From Selaginella moellendorffii (taxonomy: Eukaryota; Plantae; Lycopodiophyta), in NCBI RefSeq assembly GCF_000143415.4, contig NW_003314353.1, forward strand, positions 50,075 through 114,074: 64,000 nt of DNA, given 5' to 3'. Positions 50,345 to 63,587 of this stretch are shown piece after piece. Position 1 is the first letter of the stretch. Each line of letters begins with the position of its first letter. Position numbers and translations under genes: made by a program. Below the pieces are notes generated by a model, which was given only the letters and a program-made list of their open reading frames with translations, had not been told where the DNA came from and searched no databases.

Positions 50345-51856
50345 ATGAAAGCTTTTGTGTGTCTTTTGCTTCTAGCTTTGTTCGTGGGTCAGTCCGTGGC
50401 TGGCCGCGAGGACGATCGCCGCGACGATAAGGATCGCCGCCGAAAGTTTGAGGATCTCAAGCTGGGCGATCCGCGAGAGATCTTCCGCTCCGAGGGTGGA
50501 AGAATCCACGAGTGGGATCCGAGGAGCAATCCTGCTATGTGCGATGCCGAGATTGGAGCTCGCAAGCTCATTCTCGAGACGAATGGCCTCGCGGTTCCTT
50601 TCTACAAGGATTCCCCTGTCCTTAGTATCATCGTTCGAGGTCTGGAAAGTGTTTTTGTCGATCATCTCGTTCTAAGTTTTGGTGTTTCTCGTTTTTGCAG
50701 GGAGTGCCAAGGTTGGAGTGATCAATCCCCTCGCTGACAAGATTATCGACCGATCCACGGTGTTTCATGTGAGAGCTGGCGACGCCATCGCGCTTCCTCG
50801 CGGCACTGCTTCGTGGATCTTCAACGATGGCCAAGAGCGCACCGAGGTTTTAGAAGTTGCCGAGACGAGGAACAGCGCCCAGTGTGGTCGCTTCAAAGTA
50901 AAGATCTCTTTTGAGAATCTCTCGACAAATTCTAAGTCACTCTTTTCGTTTGTGCACAGGTGTTCTTGCTCGCTGGTGGCAAGAAGGAGAACTACGCGAG
51001 CGTTCTCCATGGCTTCTCCAAGCAAATACTGTCCCATGCTTTCGATGTGGAAGAGCAAATCGTGGACAGCATGCTCGAGGGCAATGGCGTGGCGATCATC
51101 AAAGTTGACGAGAAGAGGAAGATGTCTCTCCCCGGCAACACCCACAGCAACAACATCTTCATCGACTATGTCTACCGCTGGTCTCACCTCCAGCCCGACG
51201 TTCGCGTCCGCGACGCCGGAGAGCTCCGCCTCCTCAATAGCTTCAAGCTCCCGATCCTCAAGAAGCTCAACATGGGTGCCGCTTACCTCAAGATGGAAGC
51301 CGTGGGTTTCTCCTAACTTTCTTGATCTTTGGTTTAATTTGATCTTGGGCTTTCGTGATCTAGGGAGCTCTCACTGCGCCTGGATGGATCCAGAATGCCC
51401 ACAAGGTGATGTACGTGGAGAGGGGAGATGGAAGGGTCCAAGTTGCGCGGGACAGTGGAGAGCAAGCTCTTGACGAGCCTGTCCAGGAGGGAAGCCTTGT
51501 GATCGTCCCTGCGAACCATCCCTCTGCCAAGCTCGCGGGAAAGCAGGGTCTCAACTATTACTCCATCTTTACGAACGATCAGTAAGTCATGAATCATTTA
51601 TCTGGAACTTTGAGCTTGATCTCGTCTTTGTGATCGAACAAACAGGCCGATCGAGTCCTACATGGCCGGAAGGAACTCTGTCTACCGTGGAATTCCTCGT
51701 CAAGTCCTGTCTTCTGCATTCCAGATCGATGAGAAGACTCAGCAGCAGCTCGAAGATGCGCGATCCGAGGATGCTTATATCTTCCCTCCCAGGAAGGAGA
51801 GTCAGCCGAAGCGCCATGGCCAGTCCATCCTGGATACTCTTGTGGGTGCTTTCTAA
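50345..51856 (+). CDS. Secreted bicupin, legumin/11S-globulin-like storage protein, multi-exon
   Basis: Signal peptide MKAFVCLLLLALFVGQSVA; two cupin domains (VRAGDAIALPRGTASWIFNDG; NSFKLPILKKL, PGWIQNAHKVMYVERG, MAGRNSVYRGIP). Confidence 0.85.
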
Positions 51857-52443
51857 GAGAGCTTGTTCTTCGTGTTGTGGAAAATAATGGAGATACGCAA
51901 TAAAAAGCTCGAAATATAAATATATAAAACTTTTATATACTTTGAAATGGTCAATTTAACTGCTGACAAGTGGAATTAATAAATATTTAAAAGTTTGATT
52001 TTAACAAAATGCGCATAATATTACGTCACCTCAACAAAGATTTTGTTTCAGGCGATCTCCATATCTCGACTGACAAGGATCGAATTATTTATAATTTGCA
52101 ATGCATGGATAGACATTGCAAACTCACTGACACCATAGTTTAATACACCGAAGATACTGCCTTCACATGTCCCTTGGCAGGACGCTGAGATTGGAGGCGA
52201 GCATATTCGCCCACTTTATTCGAGAATATGCCGCATCCACGACCCAGATATTTTGGCGCATGAGAAATGGTGGTTAGCAGTGCGAAGGGGCGCCATACAA
52301 ACAAGATGGGGGGACTGGAGAAGGGCGACGATCGCCGGTTCTAGCCCTCCTCTCGCCAGGGATTTCTAGGGATTCTCGGCCGGATCAGGTATGCATTGAG
52401 GGATCGATCGATCGGGCGTGATTGATCGGATTGGAGCGCGGCT

Positions 52444-55400
52444 ATGGGCACAATGGGGGTGATTTTGCATGGGGGAGTGGCGCAGCTGTGCTCGATCAAC
52501 AGCGCCAGACCTAGAGCGGCGGATTCTTCCTCCTCGTCCGCTTCTTCTTGCTCGGCAGCCAAGAAGACCAGCATTTGTGGGACGCCGCTGGCATTGACGG
52601 CGACGCGGCGCCCGGGTTTACTTCTGAGGCCCCCGATCGAATCGCTACGAATTCGCAGCGTGGCAGCAAAGCCGAGGCCTCCTCAAGCCGCTTCTGAGAA
52701 AGGTGATCTCTCCTTTCCCTTCCATGTTTTGATGATAGCTCGTTCCTCATGGTGCTGGAACTCTTTGTTTTCTCGATAGCTTTCATTTAGTTTTAAGTGT
52801 AGTCTATGTTAGCGTTAGTGCTAAACCTTCCCACCTTTTTCCAAGTTTTTTCTTCCTGTTGAATTTTTATTTTGGTTGAAAGTTCTGTGCTAAGGATTGC
52901 TAAGGATTGTGTAAGTTACAAGGTGACTTTCCTGGTTTTCGTGGAAAACGCTTAGAGATTTGTTTTGCTTGTGGCTGATGAATTTTGTTACTGCAGGTTG
53001 TCTAGCTGGGGAGGATGCTGCATCAATCGCTGCGAATTTGAAATACCATGTTGATTACAAGCCTCTCTTTTATCCTCTCAAGTTTGAGAGTAAGCAGGCG
53101 TACTATGCAGCGGCTCAGTCCGTGCGTGACCATCTGGTGAAAAGATGGAACGAGACGTTTGTGCACTTTCAGAAGCAACATCCCAAGCACATTCACTACT
53201 TGTCCATGGAGTTTCTTCAGGTAACTTTTCCGTTGTTGTTCGACTCGTGAGTTGCTCATATTTTGAGTTAGTGCTGAACTTGTTTGTAGGGCAGAGCTCT
53301 TACGAATGCAATTGGAAATATGGGATTGACTGACTCTTATGCACAAGCCTTGAAGAAGCTCGGCCACGACCTCGAGAAAGTAGCGATTCAGGTACTTGAA
53401 AAGTGAATTCACAGACTGGATTTTCTTATTATCTTGCTGGTATTTTGAATAGGAACCTGATGCCGCGCTAGGAAATGGAGGTCTTGGTAGATTAGCGTCT
53501 TGCTTCCTGGATTCGTTGGCAACACTTAACTACCCTGCATGGGGCTACGGACTTCGTTATAAGTATGGTCTCTTCCGTCAGCAGATCACAAATGAAGGAC
53601 AGCAAGAATGGCCAGAAAGCTGGCTTGAGGTGCTCAACAGCTTTACAGTTTATTGACGTTGTGACTGATATTCTGCTTTTGGTTTCCTACAACTCCAGGC
53701 TGGAAATCCTTGGGAGATACCGAGGTTCGATGTTTGGTATCCGATAAAGTTTTTTGGACGGGTGATTTCAAGCAAGTCAGGCAAGAAGAAGTGGGTTGGA
53801 GGCGAGGATATTAGAGCTGTTGCTTACGACCTTCCGATTCCCGGTTACAAAACTAAGAACACTATCAGTTTGAGGTTGTGGTCTACTACAGTAGCCGCTG
53901 AGGATTTTGATCTCGTCTCGTTCAATGCTGGTGAACATGACAAGGCTGGAAGAGCCATTTACAGCGCAGAGAGGGTAAGTTTTTGTTTTTTAATTTTTTG
54001 CGTTTGTTGATGGTCTCCATTAAATATTTTGTTTTCTTCAGATCTGTAATATTTTGTATCCGGGTGATGCAACGCCCGAAGGAAAACTCCTCAGATTGAA
54101 GCAACAGTACACGTTGTGCTCGGCTTCGATACAGGACATGATTGCTCGCTTTAAGGAGCGGTCTGGAAGCGGGTTCAGCTGGTCCAAATTCTCTTCCAAA
54201 GTTGCCATTCAAATGAATGACACGCACCCTACACTTTGTGTTCCCGAGTTGATGAGAATTTTGGTGGACATCGAGGGCCTCGCATGGGAAGAGGCCTGGA
54301 AAATTACTCAGGCGTAAGTTTACAATTTGCTAAACGTTCTGTTGACTTCCTTTCTTTCGCAGGACTGTGGCGTATACCAATCACACTGTACTCCCGGAAG
54401 CATTGGAAAAGTGGCCGCTGGATCTTATGCAAAAGCTACTGCCTCGACATATAGAGATCATCCACAGAATCGACGAAGAGGTTGAAAGTTGTCAGATTAG
54501 TTTGATTTTGACCCGTGACTCTCTGGCTTCAGTTTATTAAAACACTGATAACTTCCGGAATCGACAAAGGGGAGATTGAGAAAAAAATCTTGAGTATGCG
54601 AGTTTTTGAAAATGTGGCCTTGCCCGAGTCCGTGAAGTCCTCGGTTCCTCACCAGCATGGTAAGGACGACGACGAGTTCAATCCAGCACCAGAGCTTGTC
54701 CGAATGGCAAACTTGTGCGTTATTGCTGGTCATAAGGTCAATGGAGTGGCCGCCATTCACAGCGAGATTGTTAAGGACGAAGTGTTCAATGATTTCTACA
54801 AGGTAGAGTTATTTGTCAAGTTTTCTCTACTTTAGATTGTTGGCTGAGGTTTGTGATTGTGCAGCTCTGGCCAGAGAAGTTTCAAAATAAGACCAATGGT
54901 GTTACTCCTCGTCGTTGGATGAGATTCTGTAACCCGGAGCTTAGCAAAGTTATCACCAAGTACCTTGGAAGCGAAGAATGGGTTGCAAAAACTGATCAGC
55001 TTGCCAGGCTTAAAGACGTAACACTTTTCTCCTTGTTTTTGCTATCTAATGCTGATTGCGATCTTGAGGTTTTGCAGATGGTCGATAACAAGGAATTGAT
55101 TAAAGACTGGGCAGCGGCAAAAAGAGCATGTAAATCTAAGCTCGCAGCATACATCAAGGAGCAAACTGGACTCGTTATTAGTCCAGACTCGCTGTTCGAC
55201 ACGCAGGCAAGTGGATTTATTGTCTCACCATGTGAGGTTCTCACTAAAAGACTATTTAACAGGTGAAAAGAATCCACGAGTACAAGCGTCAACTGCTAAA
55301 CATTTTAGGATGCATCTACCGCTACAAAAAGATGAAAGAAATGAGTCCAAAAGAGAGGAAAGCGAAGTACGTAAACCGTGTGACCCTCTTTGGTGGCAAA

Positions 55401-56313
55401 GCCTTTGCCACGTATTGGAATGCCAAGCGAATTGTAAAGCTCATCACGGACGTTGGCAATACTGTGAACAAAGACCCGGATATTGGCGACCTGATGAAGG
55501 TAATTTTTCTTTCTTGTCTTTGAGGTCAGATATACACCGATTTTCTTTCTGTTTTTCAGGTGATCATTGTTCCTGACTACAATGTGAGTGTTGCAGAAAT
55601 TCTCATTCCAGGGAGTGAGCTCTCAGAACAGATCAGGTACATACCATTCGCTCTTTTCTTCTGTTTGAACTGGATATCTTCCTTTTGATGATGTAGTACG
55701 GCGGGAATGGAAGCTAGTGGAACCAGCAACATGAAATTCTCGATGAACGGAGCTGTTTTGATTGGCACTCTCGATGGTGCCAACGTCGAGATCCGCGAGG
55801 AAGTTGGCGAAGACAACTTCTTCCTCTTTGGCGCATTTGCTCATGAGGTTGCAAACTTGAGAAAGGAGAGGGCCGAAGGCAAGGTACGGGATTCCCAGTT
55901 TTTGCGATGCGGGACGAAACCTTTTTTTTAACAATGCAGTTCGAGCCTGACCCGAGATTCATAGAAGCCATGGATTTCATAAAGAGTGGTGCCTTTGGTG
56001 GCTATGACTACACACCATTGCTAAGCACGCTTGAAGGTAACAGCGGATTCGGCCAGGGAGATTACTTCTTAGTCGGAAAGGATTTTCCGGACTATATCGA
56101 GTGCCAAGAGAAAGTCGACGAAGCTTACAGGGACAAAGAGGTACGAAAGTTTTCTACAGGAAAACAAGGCTAAACTTTGTGCGTGATTTTTTGCAGAGAT
56201 GGACCAAGATGTCTATAATGAACGTCGCGGGATCTCCAAAGTTTAGCAGCGATCGAACCATCCATGAGTACGCGAATGAAATATGGGGCATTAAGCCTCT
56301 CCCGGTGCCCTGA
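52444..56313 (+). CDS. PHS1: Alpha-1,4-glucan phosphorylase, plastidial (L-type), ~15 exons
   Basis: [56 protein letters not shown]; Ser/Ala/Arg-rich transit peptide; RLWST..DFDL..FNAGEH is L-type-like. Confidence 0.95.
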
Positions 56314-56640
56314 GAAAGCCTCTTCTCTCTTGAGACTTTAAAGCCGTACGAGATTCTCTTTTTGCCTGTAACAGTTACCGTACATTCGTGTGATAGGAAG
56401 GGTTTTCGTACAACTCCGTGTGATTATTCTAGAATATGCCTCGGTGAATTTTAGGGTTTTAGCGCTTCTTGTTCTTTGCAAAGACATGGTTGAATCGATC
56501 CACCGCGCCTACGAAAATGTAGCTTCTCACGGTGAGATCTTAGCTCCTACTGTGCTTCCTGTATCTCTCGATTGATTGACTGAATGATTTCCCCCAGATT
56601 ATTTCTCGCATTACCCAGGGCGCGGGCGTGATCAATCGTC

Positions 56641-58004
56641 TCACGGCATTGCAAGGATTTGCGCCAGATTGACGGGGCTGATGTCGTTGGGGCCGCCATT
56701 GATGATTCGATTCGTGAAGATGTAATTGAAGGACTGGGAGGGATGGAACGCGTCCCAAAACACATATTTGCTCCTGTCCGGGCAGAGATTCGAGAGCGCC
56801 GTACACACCAGCACACCGTTGTACGGCCCCTGTCCACAGCACGCCTTGTTGGAGACCGCAAAGCCTGCAAGAACAAAGTAAGTAGTGGCAATGTTTGTTC
56901 TTTCTCGTTCTTTTCTCTTGTTCTTGTCTTTGTTTGTGGATTGAGATGGTTTTGATCTTACCTCCCTGCGCAGGATTGTCGATGTACTCCTTGAGAATGT
57001 CGAAACCATTGAGGTAGGCAAAGAGTGCTCCTGGAAGTTCCTGGTTGAGCTCCACCAGCATGTTTTTCAGCAGCGCGTTGAAGTTGAGGACGTAGTCGTT
57101 CAGCTGCTGGACGCACTGCCCGTCCCGGCTGCGCTGCGAGAGCTGCGACGGGATGCATCCGATCGGTCCGATGTTTCCCACGGTTACTTTGCGTGCACCG
57201 AGAGCGTAGACGGTCTGCCATTTTTTTTTCCTTGGGTAAGCTTTTGTTTGGATTGATGGAGATGCTTACTCTGAGTTGCTGCCGCAGAGTGGCGATGAGC
57301 AGCGTGTTGAACTGCGCGGGAGAGAACTGAGCCGCTCGAACCGAGACCGGCAATAGATAGTTGTTGATGTAGTCGTTTCCTCCGATGGTGAACGAGTAGA
57401 GGCCGTCAGCTACGATCCTGGCTGCCGCAGCAGGGCCAACGAGCGATGTTATTTGACCTTTGTACTCCTGAAACAGTCTAAACTGGTCCGGAATGGTCAA
57501 GCGCTGGACCTGTTTTCCACAAGCGAAGAAAACAACTCTCAAGGTAACTTCTTTCCTAGAATCGGACCAGTAACGAACTTACGAAGATTACTCCCGTATC
57601 CTCTAGGATTCCAGCGCCAGCCGAGGCGAAGTTTGCACCTCTGAGAAGATTTGCTCCTCTTGCGAATGGACTGAGGATCTCGAGGACCGACGGCACTCCC
57701 ATATAGTCGCCTGGACAAGGATGAATCGTTGAAGCAATGACGAACTGATACGGGTGGACTTACTTATGATGTCGGAGACAATCTTGCCGTTGCCAAAGCG
57801 ACCGGTTGCTGTTCGGGACGGCAAGTCGATCCCGTTTGGTGGGAAGTTAGCTCGGGCCAGGGACGGAATGAAGTTGTTGTTCCCTGAATCGACGAGCGAG
57901 TCACCGAAGACGAAGAGAGGCAAAGCCGCATATACATTGCTGGTGAGAGCTGCGAGACTGAGAACCGAGGCAATGATGAGCAGCAGGCGGAAGCGATCCC
58001 CCAT
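56641..58004 (-). CDS. GDSL esterase/lipase, secreted, 5 exons
   Basis: FVFGDSLVDSGNNN, ANFASAGAGI, IGGNDYINNY, FWDAFHPS blocks. Confidence 0.95.
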
Positions 58005-59898
58005 TTTCCTGCAAAGGCGAAGTTACAACTTTACGCTCGGCTAAACGAGCTGGAAGCAACGCGAGGGAGATGCATAGGCTCCGAGAAGACTTGGATGGCA
58101 ACTACAACCTCTTCCAAACATGGTGGCAACCAGCTGGAGTGACGCAGATCATCATCAAGGAAGTGAAGAAGAAGCCTGAGTGACCTACACGAGGGAGATG
58201 CTGCAAGCAGAAGAGAATGGAGATCGAAGAGAGGGAAAGGAGGCAAGCAGGGAAGAGCGCTTCAATGCTCTCGTTGAAAGAAAAGGCACACACAAGTCAC
58301 CGCTCCACGAGAGCGATGAGGTACACGTAATTATCAGCGAAAAGAGATGAGAAAGAAGGGAGGAGGAGGAGTATTACTCACTTTGGAGTGGCGCGCTTTC
58401 ACTCTCTCGAGGATTGTGACAAGAGCTCGGGCTCCTGAGATGATGCTGCTGCTCTGCTGCTCCTGCGGTTCCTCCAGCTCGGTCGAGTTTGTCACGACCC
58501 CTGGTAGGAGGAGAAGTGGAGAAGTTATATTTCCAGCGGTATAAGGAGGAATATTGATTGCGGAGGAGCAGTGCCAACGATGCCCAGTTCCTCCGACCTT
58601 GGCTGGCAATGGCTGGGAGAGCGGGGCACCTATAGCGAGGTACATCCAGCAAGCTCCATTGCATCACATTAAGTCGTGCAGATTGGCAATGCAGGCAGGC
58701 CGGAGGCGGGGTGTTGTAATGGACGAATAAAATACACTCCCCAGCCTTTTGTACAGAGTGGCTCAACGATTCCTATAAAGGTAAAGCTTTTTGTTTTCTT
58801 TCTTTCCTTCCTCTCTGAGAAAGTTTACTGGCATGCCATCGACAGGATTTCAATGGAGCGAGCGCACCAAGCGACGAAAAAAACTTGGAGAATGCTGTTT
58901 CACCGACGTTTTTATGGATCCTTAGACATTTTTCGTGAGTGACCGGTACTTCAGAAGGCGAGACGAGTGCACACCAGCGGTGCAACCTGGCACAGCTTAC
59001 AGAGGAGGGGCGAGCCAATATAACGTGGTTGTGAAAGCGAATCCTCCACTTTTTGGGATTGCTCACTCACCCCACTCCTCAGTTGACTGGCATACGATAC
59101 GAGGCCGTGGCCAGCAATTTTGTGTCGGAACGCACCAGGAATTGATTCCGGATGAATGCGGTGAAAGAAGACAACAGCAACAGCAACCAGTCGAAAAGAC
59201 AGCCATACATTGAAGTCTAAAGCGCACTACTCAAGCCACCATTAAGCTTTTACTGAGGAGGTGAGTTGCGATCTAATTTTCTTTCAGAGTGACTTTCGGA
59301 GCAGGAAAGTAACACGGCTGACTTGTTTCAGAAATTTTGAAGCCGTGACAGCATCTGCCATCAAGTCGAGAGGTTGGCTGCCTGTTGATTGCATGTTTTT
59401 AGTATTTGCAGCAGATTTCGTTATCTTACATTTTTCGTTCTTCTTTTCCAGAGCGAAGTTTTTTAAGTTGTATTTACTTCTTCGACAAGGACTGGCCAGT
59501 TCTTCAGACACTGCAGTGCTCACACTGTCATTGTGGAGCGAGAGATCTACCTAACATTTCTCGTCGCGATCTCACGAAATGCCATGCTCTGGAGCTAAAT
59601 GCCGATTCTTCTCGAAAGCAAGAAAGGTACGATCGTCAGTTTTCTTTTTCCAACCTTTCTCTGGACAGTGGCTTAAGCTTGTTTTCTATAGATTGATTCA
59701 AGGACCGAGCTCTACCATACGGACGACTTACAAATGCCTGAGTAAGCAGCGGATCGTTAACTTTTAAATGCTCGTCCAGCCCCCCATGTAAGCCGTGAAC
59801 ACAACGATCACAGAGCTTGAAAGGCAAATCCTTTTCGAGCTTATTCTTTCTGATTTTGGTGCTTCTCTCAATGTACTAGAGGACTACGCGCTAGTGTA

Positions 59899-60341
59899 CT
59901 AACTGTAGCGGCTGCAAATGACGAAGTTTCCATGGCCGTTGCTTATGTACGAATTGCGGTCCAGTCGGCTTACCATCTGCGCCTCTCGTGTCACAGGGAG
60001 CCTTTAGATTAGAACCAACAAGAGTGATGTTGCTGCAAGAGACTCGAAAACCACCTTCTCTACCATAAGCCAGGCTTCCTCTGAGATTTGTGAGTGTGTT
60101 TGTTATCGAGCAGTGTCCGTGCTGGGGTATCTCCAGAGCAGTCGGCTTCGAGAATGTCGGTATCGAGAAAGTATTTGGGGTTCTTGCAGCTGTAGAAGAA
60201 GGCACCGCAGCACAACTGATTGAATGACAAACAAAAGAACGATCACAAAGGTATTTCTTCAGACTCTTCAAGTGTTTCTGTACATACGCTTTGATGGACT
60301 TGTGAAAGGAGGAAGAGCAGTAGCATTGCTATGAGCCCCAT
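59899..60341 (-). pseudogene. Cyanovirin-N homologue (CVNH), secreted, two frameshifts
   Basis: Signal peptide MGLIAMLLLFLLSQ, 72-nt GT-AG intron, then GAFFYSCKN..ILEADC..LD/ITNTLTNLRGSLAYGREGGFRVSCSNITLVGSNLKAPC../LDRNSYISNGHGNF: two CVN half-repeats. Confidence 0.75.
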
Positions 60342-60879
60342 TTGATGCGAAAACTTGAGAAATAAAGCTTCATATTTTACTAGGAATGACGAGAGTTTTG
60401 GTTCTTTTAGCATCTTGGGTAATGTTTTCAATCCTTCTAGTGGTTGCAAATGAAGCTATAATCACTAATTATTCTGGGAGTGACATAAATCTTCACTGTC
60501 AGTTAGGAAACAAGAATTAGAAAAAAGTAACCCTCAAGGATAAAGAAAATTTGACAGTAAAATGTAGCACATTATTTTGGTTATGATGCATTTCAGAATG
60601 TGTCATATATAAGTGAACAGACAGCATATTCGTACACGATTATGGAGTAATATTTTGGCACGTTAATTGTGACATAGGATATCCTTGCATGCAATATGGG
60701 TTAAGAACAACATATTGGGTGTAACAATGTGTTTAATAATATAATAAGATGTTTTTCTTTCAGATTATTGAAATACTTTTATTTACACAAAATGATAGAT
60801 GGTAAAACTTTTATTGATTTTTATTTTTATTACAGAAAAAATGAATTCTTATTTTAATAAGAAATCCATAAGTTCAAAT

Positions 60880-61045
60880 CAATAGAAGTATGATGAAGAT
60901 TTAATGTTTTTGAAAGACAATTAGTTTTCAAAATGGATTCTTCAAGAGTTGAATCTTAACATGTGTAACGCACCCATTAAATTGTGAAAAAACACCAATA
61001 GCTTCAATGTCCCATTAGTATTTGTAAAATATATATTTAAATATA
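60880..61045 (-). pseudogene. Highly decayed CVNH-like relic
   Basis: LNIYFTNTNGTL...STLEESILKTNC; paralogous to 61940-62140. Confidence 0.45.
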
Positions 61046-61939
61046 AAATCACTTTATTTAAAAATCATTTTGTAAAATATTAGCTTCAATTAATTTCAAA
61101 TTTGAGCAGTGATATAGTAATATATAACACTAAACAAAAATAAATAATTAACAAGAAAATATAAAAAATTAAATTAAATTATCAATTTGATTAAAATCTT
61201 CAATTAATATTATAAAAAAATTCCATATGATAAGAATATAGGCTATGATATTCATAATTAAAGATTTGAGAGTGACTGAAGCTTTTAATAGGATAATTTA
61301 ATATTAGTTTCATATTCTATATGGTGGTATTATTGTATCTTTATTTAGATGTTTATATGGTATTTTAAATGCCACATTTTGTTTTTCTTAAGCAAACCTA
61401 CTTGAAGATTCTAGGATATTCTATCAGTTATTCATTTAGATTAATCTTGAACAAGTTAATATGCAATAAGATTAATCTTGTATTTAAACTCTATGTTGCC
61501 CAGAAGAAGAATCACCATTGCTGGAGCTTCCAAATCTCACAACCTTGCTATCGCCATGGAATTTGGAAAGAACCAGCTGGAACTTTAAGTAAAACTTGCT
61601 GCTGTCATTTCAAAAACATTTATGATTTTCCCAGCAACAGCAATCAAGCCTGCTACTTCGTCTACAACTATGGGCCTAGGCATCAAAAGTGGTGTTTGCT
61701 TTCTGGATATATAACAAAAAGAACAAGAAAAGGCATGCTTCATTTGGGAAATAAATTTCTGGGATATTGACATTCTAACTGGGTATTGGTGGTCTCTTTT
61801 TGTCTAATGAAACAAGATAAGTTTTATGTATGGTTTAATCATTAACAACAATAGTTTGGAGCTGCAAAAAAAGAAAATGAGGCAAGAGTTGCAACTATAG
61901 CTTATAGTGCAAGCTTATAAAAACAAGAATGATAAGTCG

Positions 61940-62140
61940 CTACTCTTTATTTTGATAAGTCAATAGTAGTGTAATATGAAGATAAAAGGTTTTTGAAGCA
62001 CAATTGGTTTTTAAAATTGATTCTTCAAGAGTTTTACACTTACATGAACGTATAAAATAACCATTATCATCTGAGTTCACTTTAATATCTTCAATGTTCC
62101 CATTTACATTTGCTAAAATGTAGGCTAAATTTAATTCCAC
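61940..62140 (-). pseudogene. Decayed CVNH-like relic
   Basis: ELNLAYILANVNGNIE...GYFIRSCKCKTLEESILKTNC fits the CVN pattern LDLNxxIxNxNG..GxFxxSC..L....L.A.C. Confidence 0.55.
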
Positions 62141-62707
62141 TTCATTTGGAAGTTTTCTTTAAGGTTTTTACCTTCAAGCAAAATAAATTTTGGACAATTA
62201 TATAGCACACTAAAATTGAAAAGGAATTAACAAAGAAAAACCTAAAATATTAGCTTATACTATTAATATCTTTAAATTCTTGAATGAAGGTTATTAAAAA
62301 GTTCAATGTGATAAGAATGTAAGATGCTTTCATAATCTTGATATAAATATTCAATTAAAACTTTGAAAGAAGCTTTGAAGTACTACATTAGCTAGGGTAT
62401 ATCCATTACTCCTAGTCTTTTACTACAAGTTTATTGTCTTATATTAATCTAATATTTGAATGTAATTTTAAAATATTTAGATGTCCTCTAAGAATATTCA
62501 AAGTATATTTTAAAAGTCATCTGTAAATAGTCATGTTTGGCCCTCTCAATAAGGTATGGTGGCACTTTGGCAAGATAAGTAGTTCCTAGCAAGATCAGTT
62601 TATGACCTTGTGTCCACTCTACTATCTGGGGGTTTAGTGAATATCCACACATGTTCTTATAAATCAAAATATTCAGTTTAAAGCCTTATGAATATTTACG
62701 CCTAACT

Positions 62708-63388
62708 TATAGCACATATGAATTTAGAGCTAAATTCTAAACAAGTTGCACTATAAAATGAGATTTGGTACACACTCAAAACCCCTTACGAGCAATAGTT
62801 CCCTATATCCAACTTCTACATGCAAAATAATGTCAAACAGTGTTTAACACAATTTTGGCATACCAGTGGTCTAATGCAAGGAGTTGGGTACCCCATCAAC
62901 TAGAGCAATATAGAACTTGAGCTTAGGCCCAAGAAAGATGCAAAACAAGGAATGATATAACCTAGTAAAAGTTAAATTAATATCTTAATTACATGACTAT
63001 ACTTCCAACCACTATCCCTACAATACATTTAAACCCCCATATAACCCCTCATTCCTCTATATAAAAGCATGTTTTGGGCTTTCACCCCAATCCTAGGAGT
63101 TAGTCTCTAGGATAAGCTTGAACACTTATTAAATATGGAACTGTGCTAGATTATGAATTGGGACATAAGAACAACACAATAGGGTTCAAGACATCTATGC
63201 CTCACTAGCAGATTATAGCACTTACCATAAATAGCATATAGGACTGAAATATAACTAATATATAGGTGTCTTGCAAATACAATAAACTATAATATAGTAA
63301 TTTTAAGGGATTAGACTTAATGCAGAAGGGTTTTATCATTAGTTAATGCAAAACATAATGAGATAGAAACTACTTATTGGGTTAAATA
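62708..63388 (-). mobile_element. Strongly decayed LTR fragment of the same chromovirus family
   Basis: Colinear with 30249-30940 and with the reverse complement of ~42610-43335; heavy C>T/G>A drift. Confidence 0.75.
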
Positions 63389-63389
63389 T

Positions 63390-63587
63390 TATAAGTATCC
63401 AAAGAGAACAACTTGAATAATGATCCATTGAAAGGTAAAGGGTCCATGAATAAAAGTGCACCCTTTTTTTCCAATTAGTTAGGGGTTTTGGGGTAATTAG
63501 GGTTAAGTGTCTTTGGGTTTAAATAGTATTGAGCTGAGTGATCTCCCAAGAAGTCTAAATTCAAAAGTTTACATTTGGTATTAGGAG
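63390..63587 (+). mobile_element. 5S-promoter (Cassandra-like) LTR 63390-63573 followed by a PBS-like site
   Basis: GGTTAAGTGTCTTTGGGTTTAAATAGTATTGAGCTGAGTGATCTCCCAAGAAGTC; ends TTTACA, then TT and TGGTATTAGGAG. Confidence 0.7.

Noticed and set aside
58050-59850. Short ORFs or a miRNA precursor upstream of the GDSL gene
   Set aside because: No recognisable domain, conserved miRNA or long hairpin found by eye; probably UTR or promoter.
61369-61773. Short ORFs between the CVNH relics
   Set aside because: No recognisable motif; cannot support a call.
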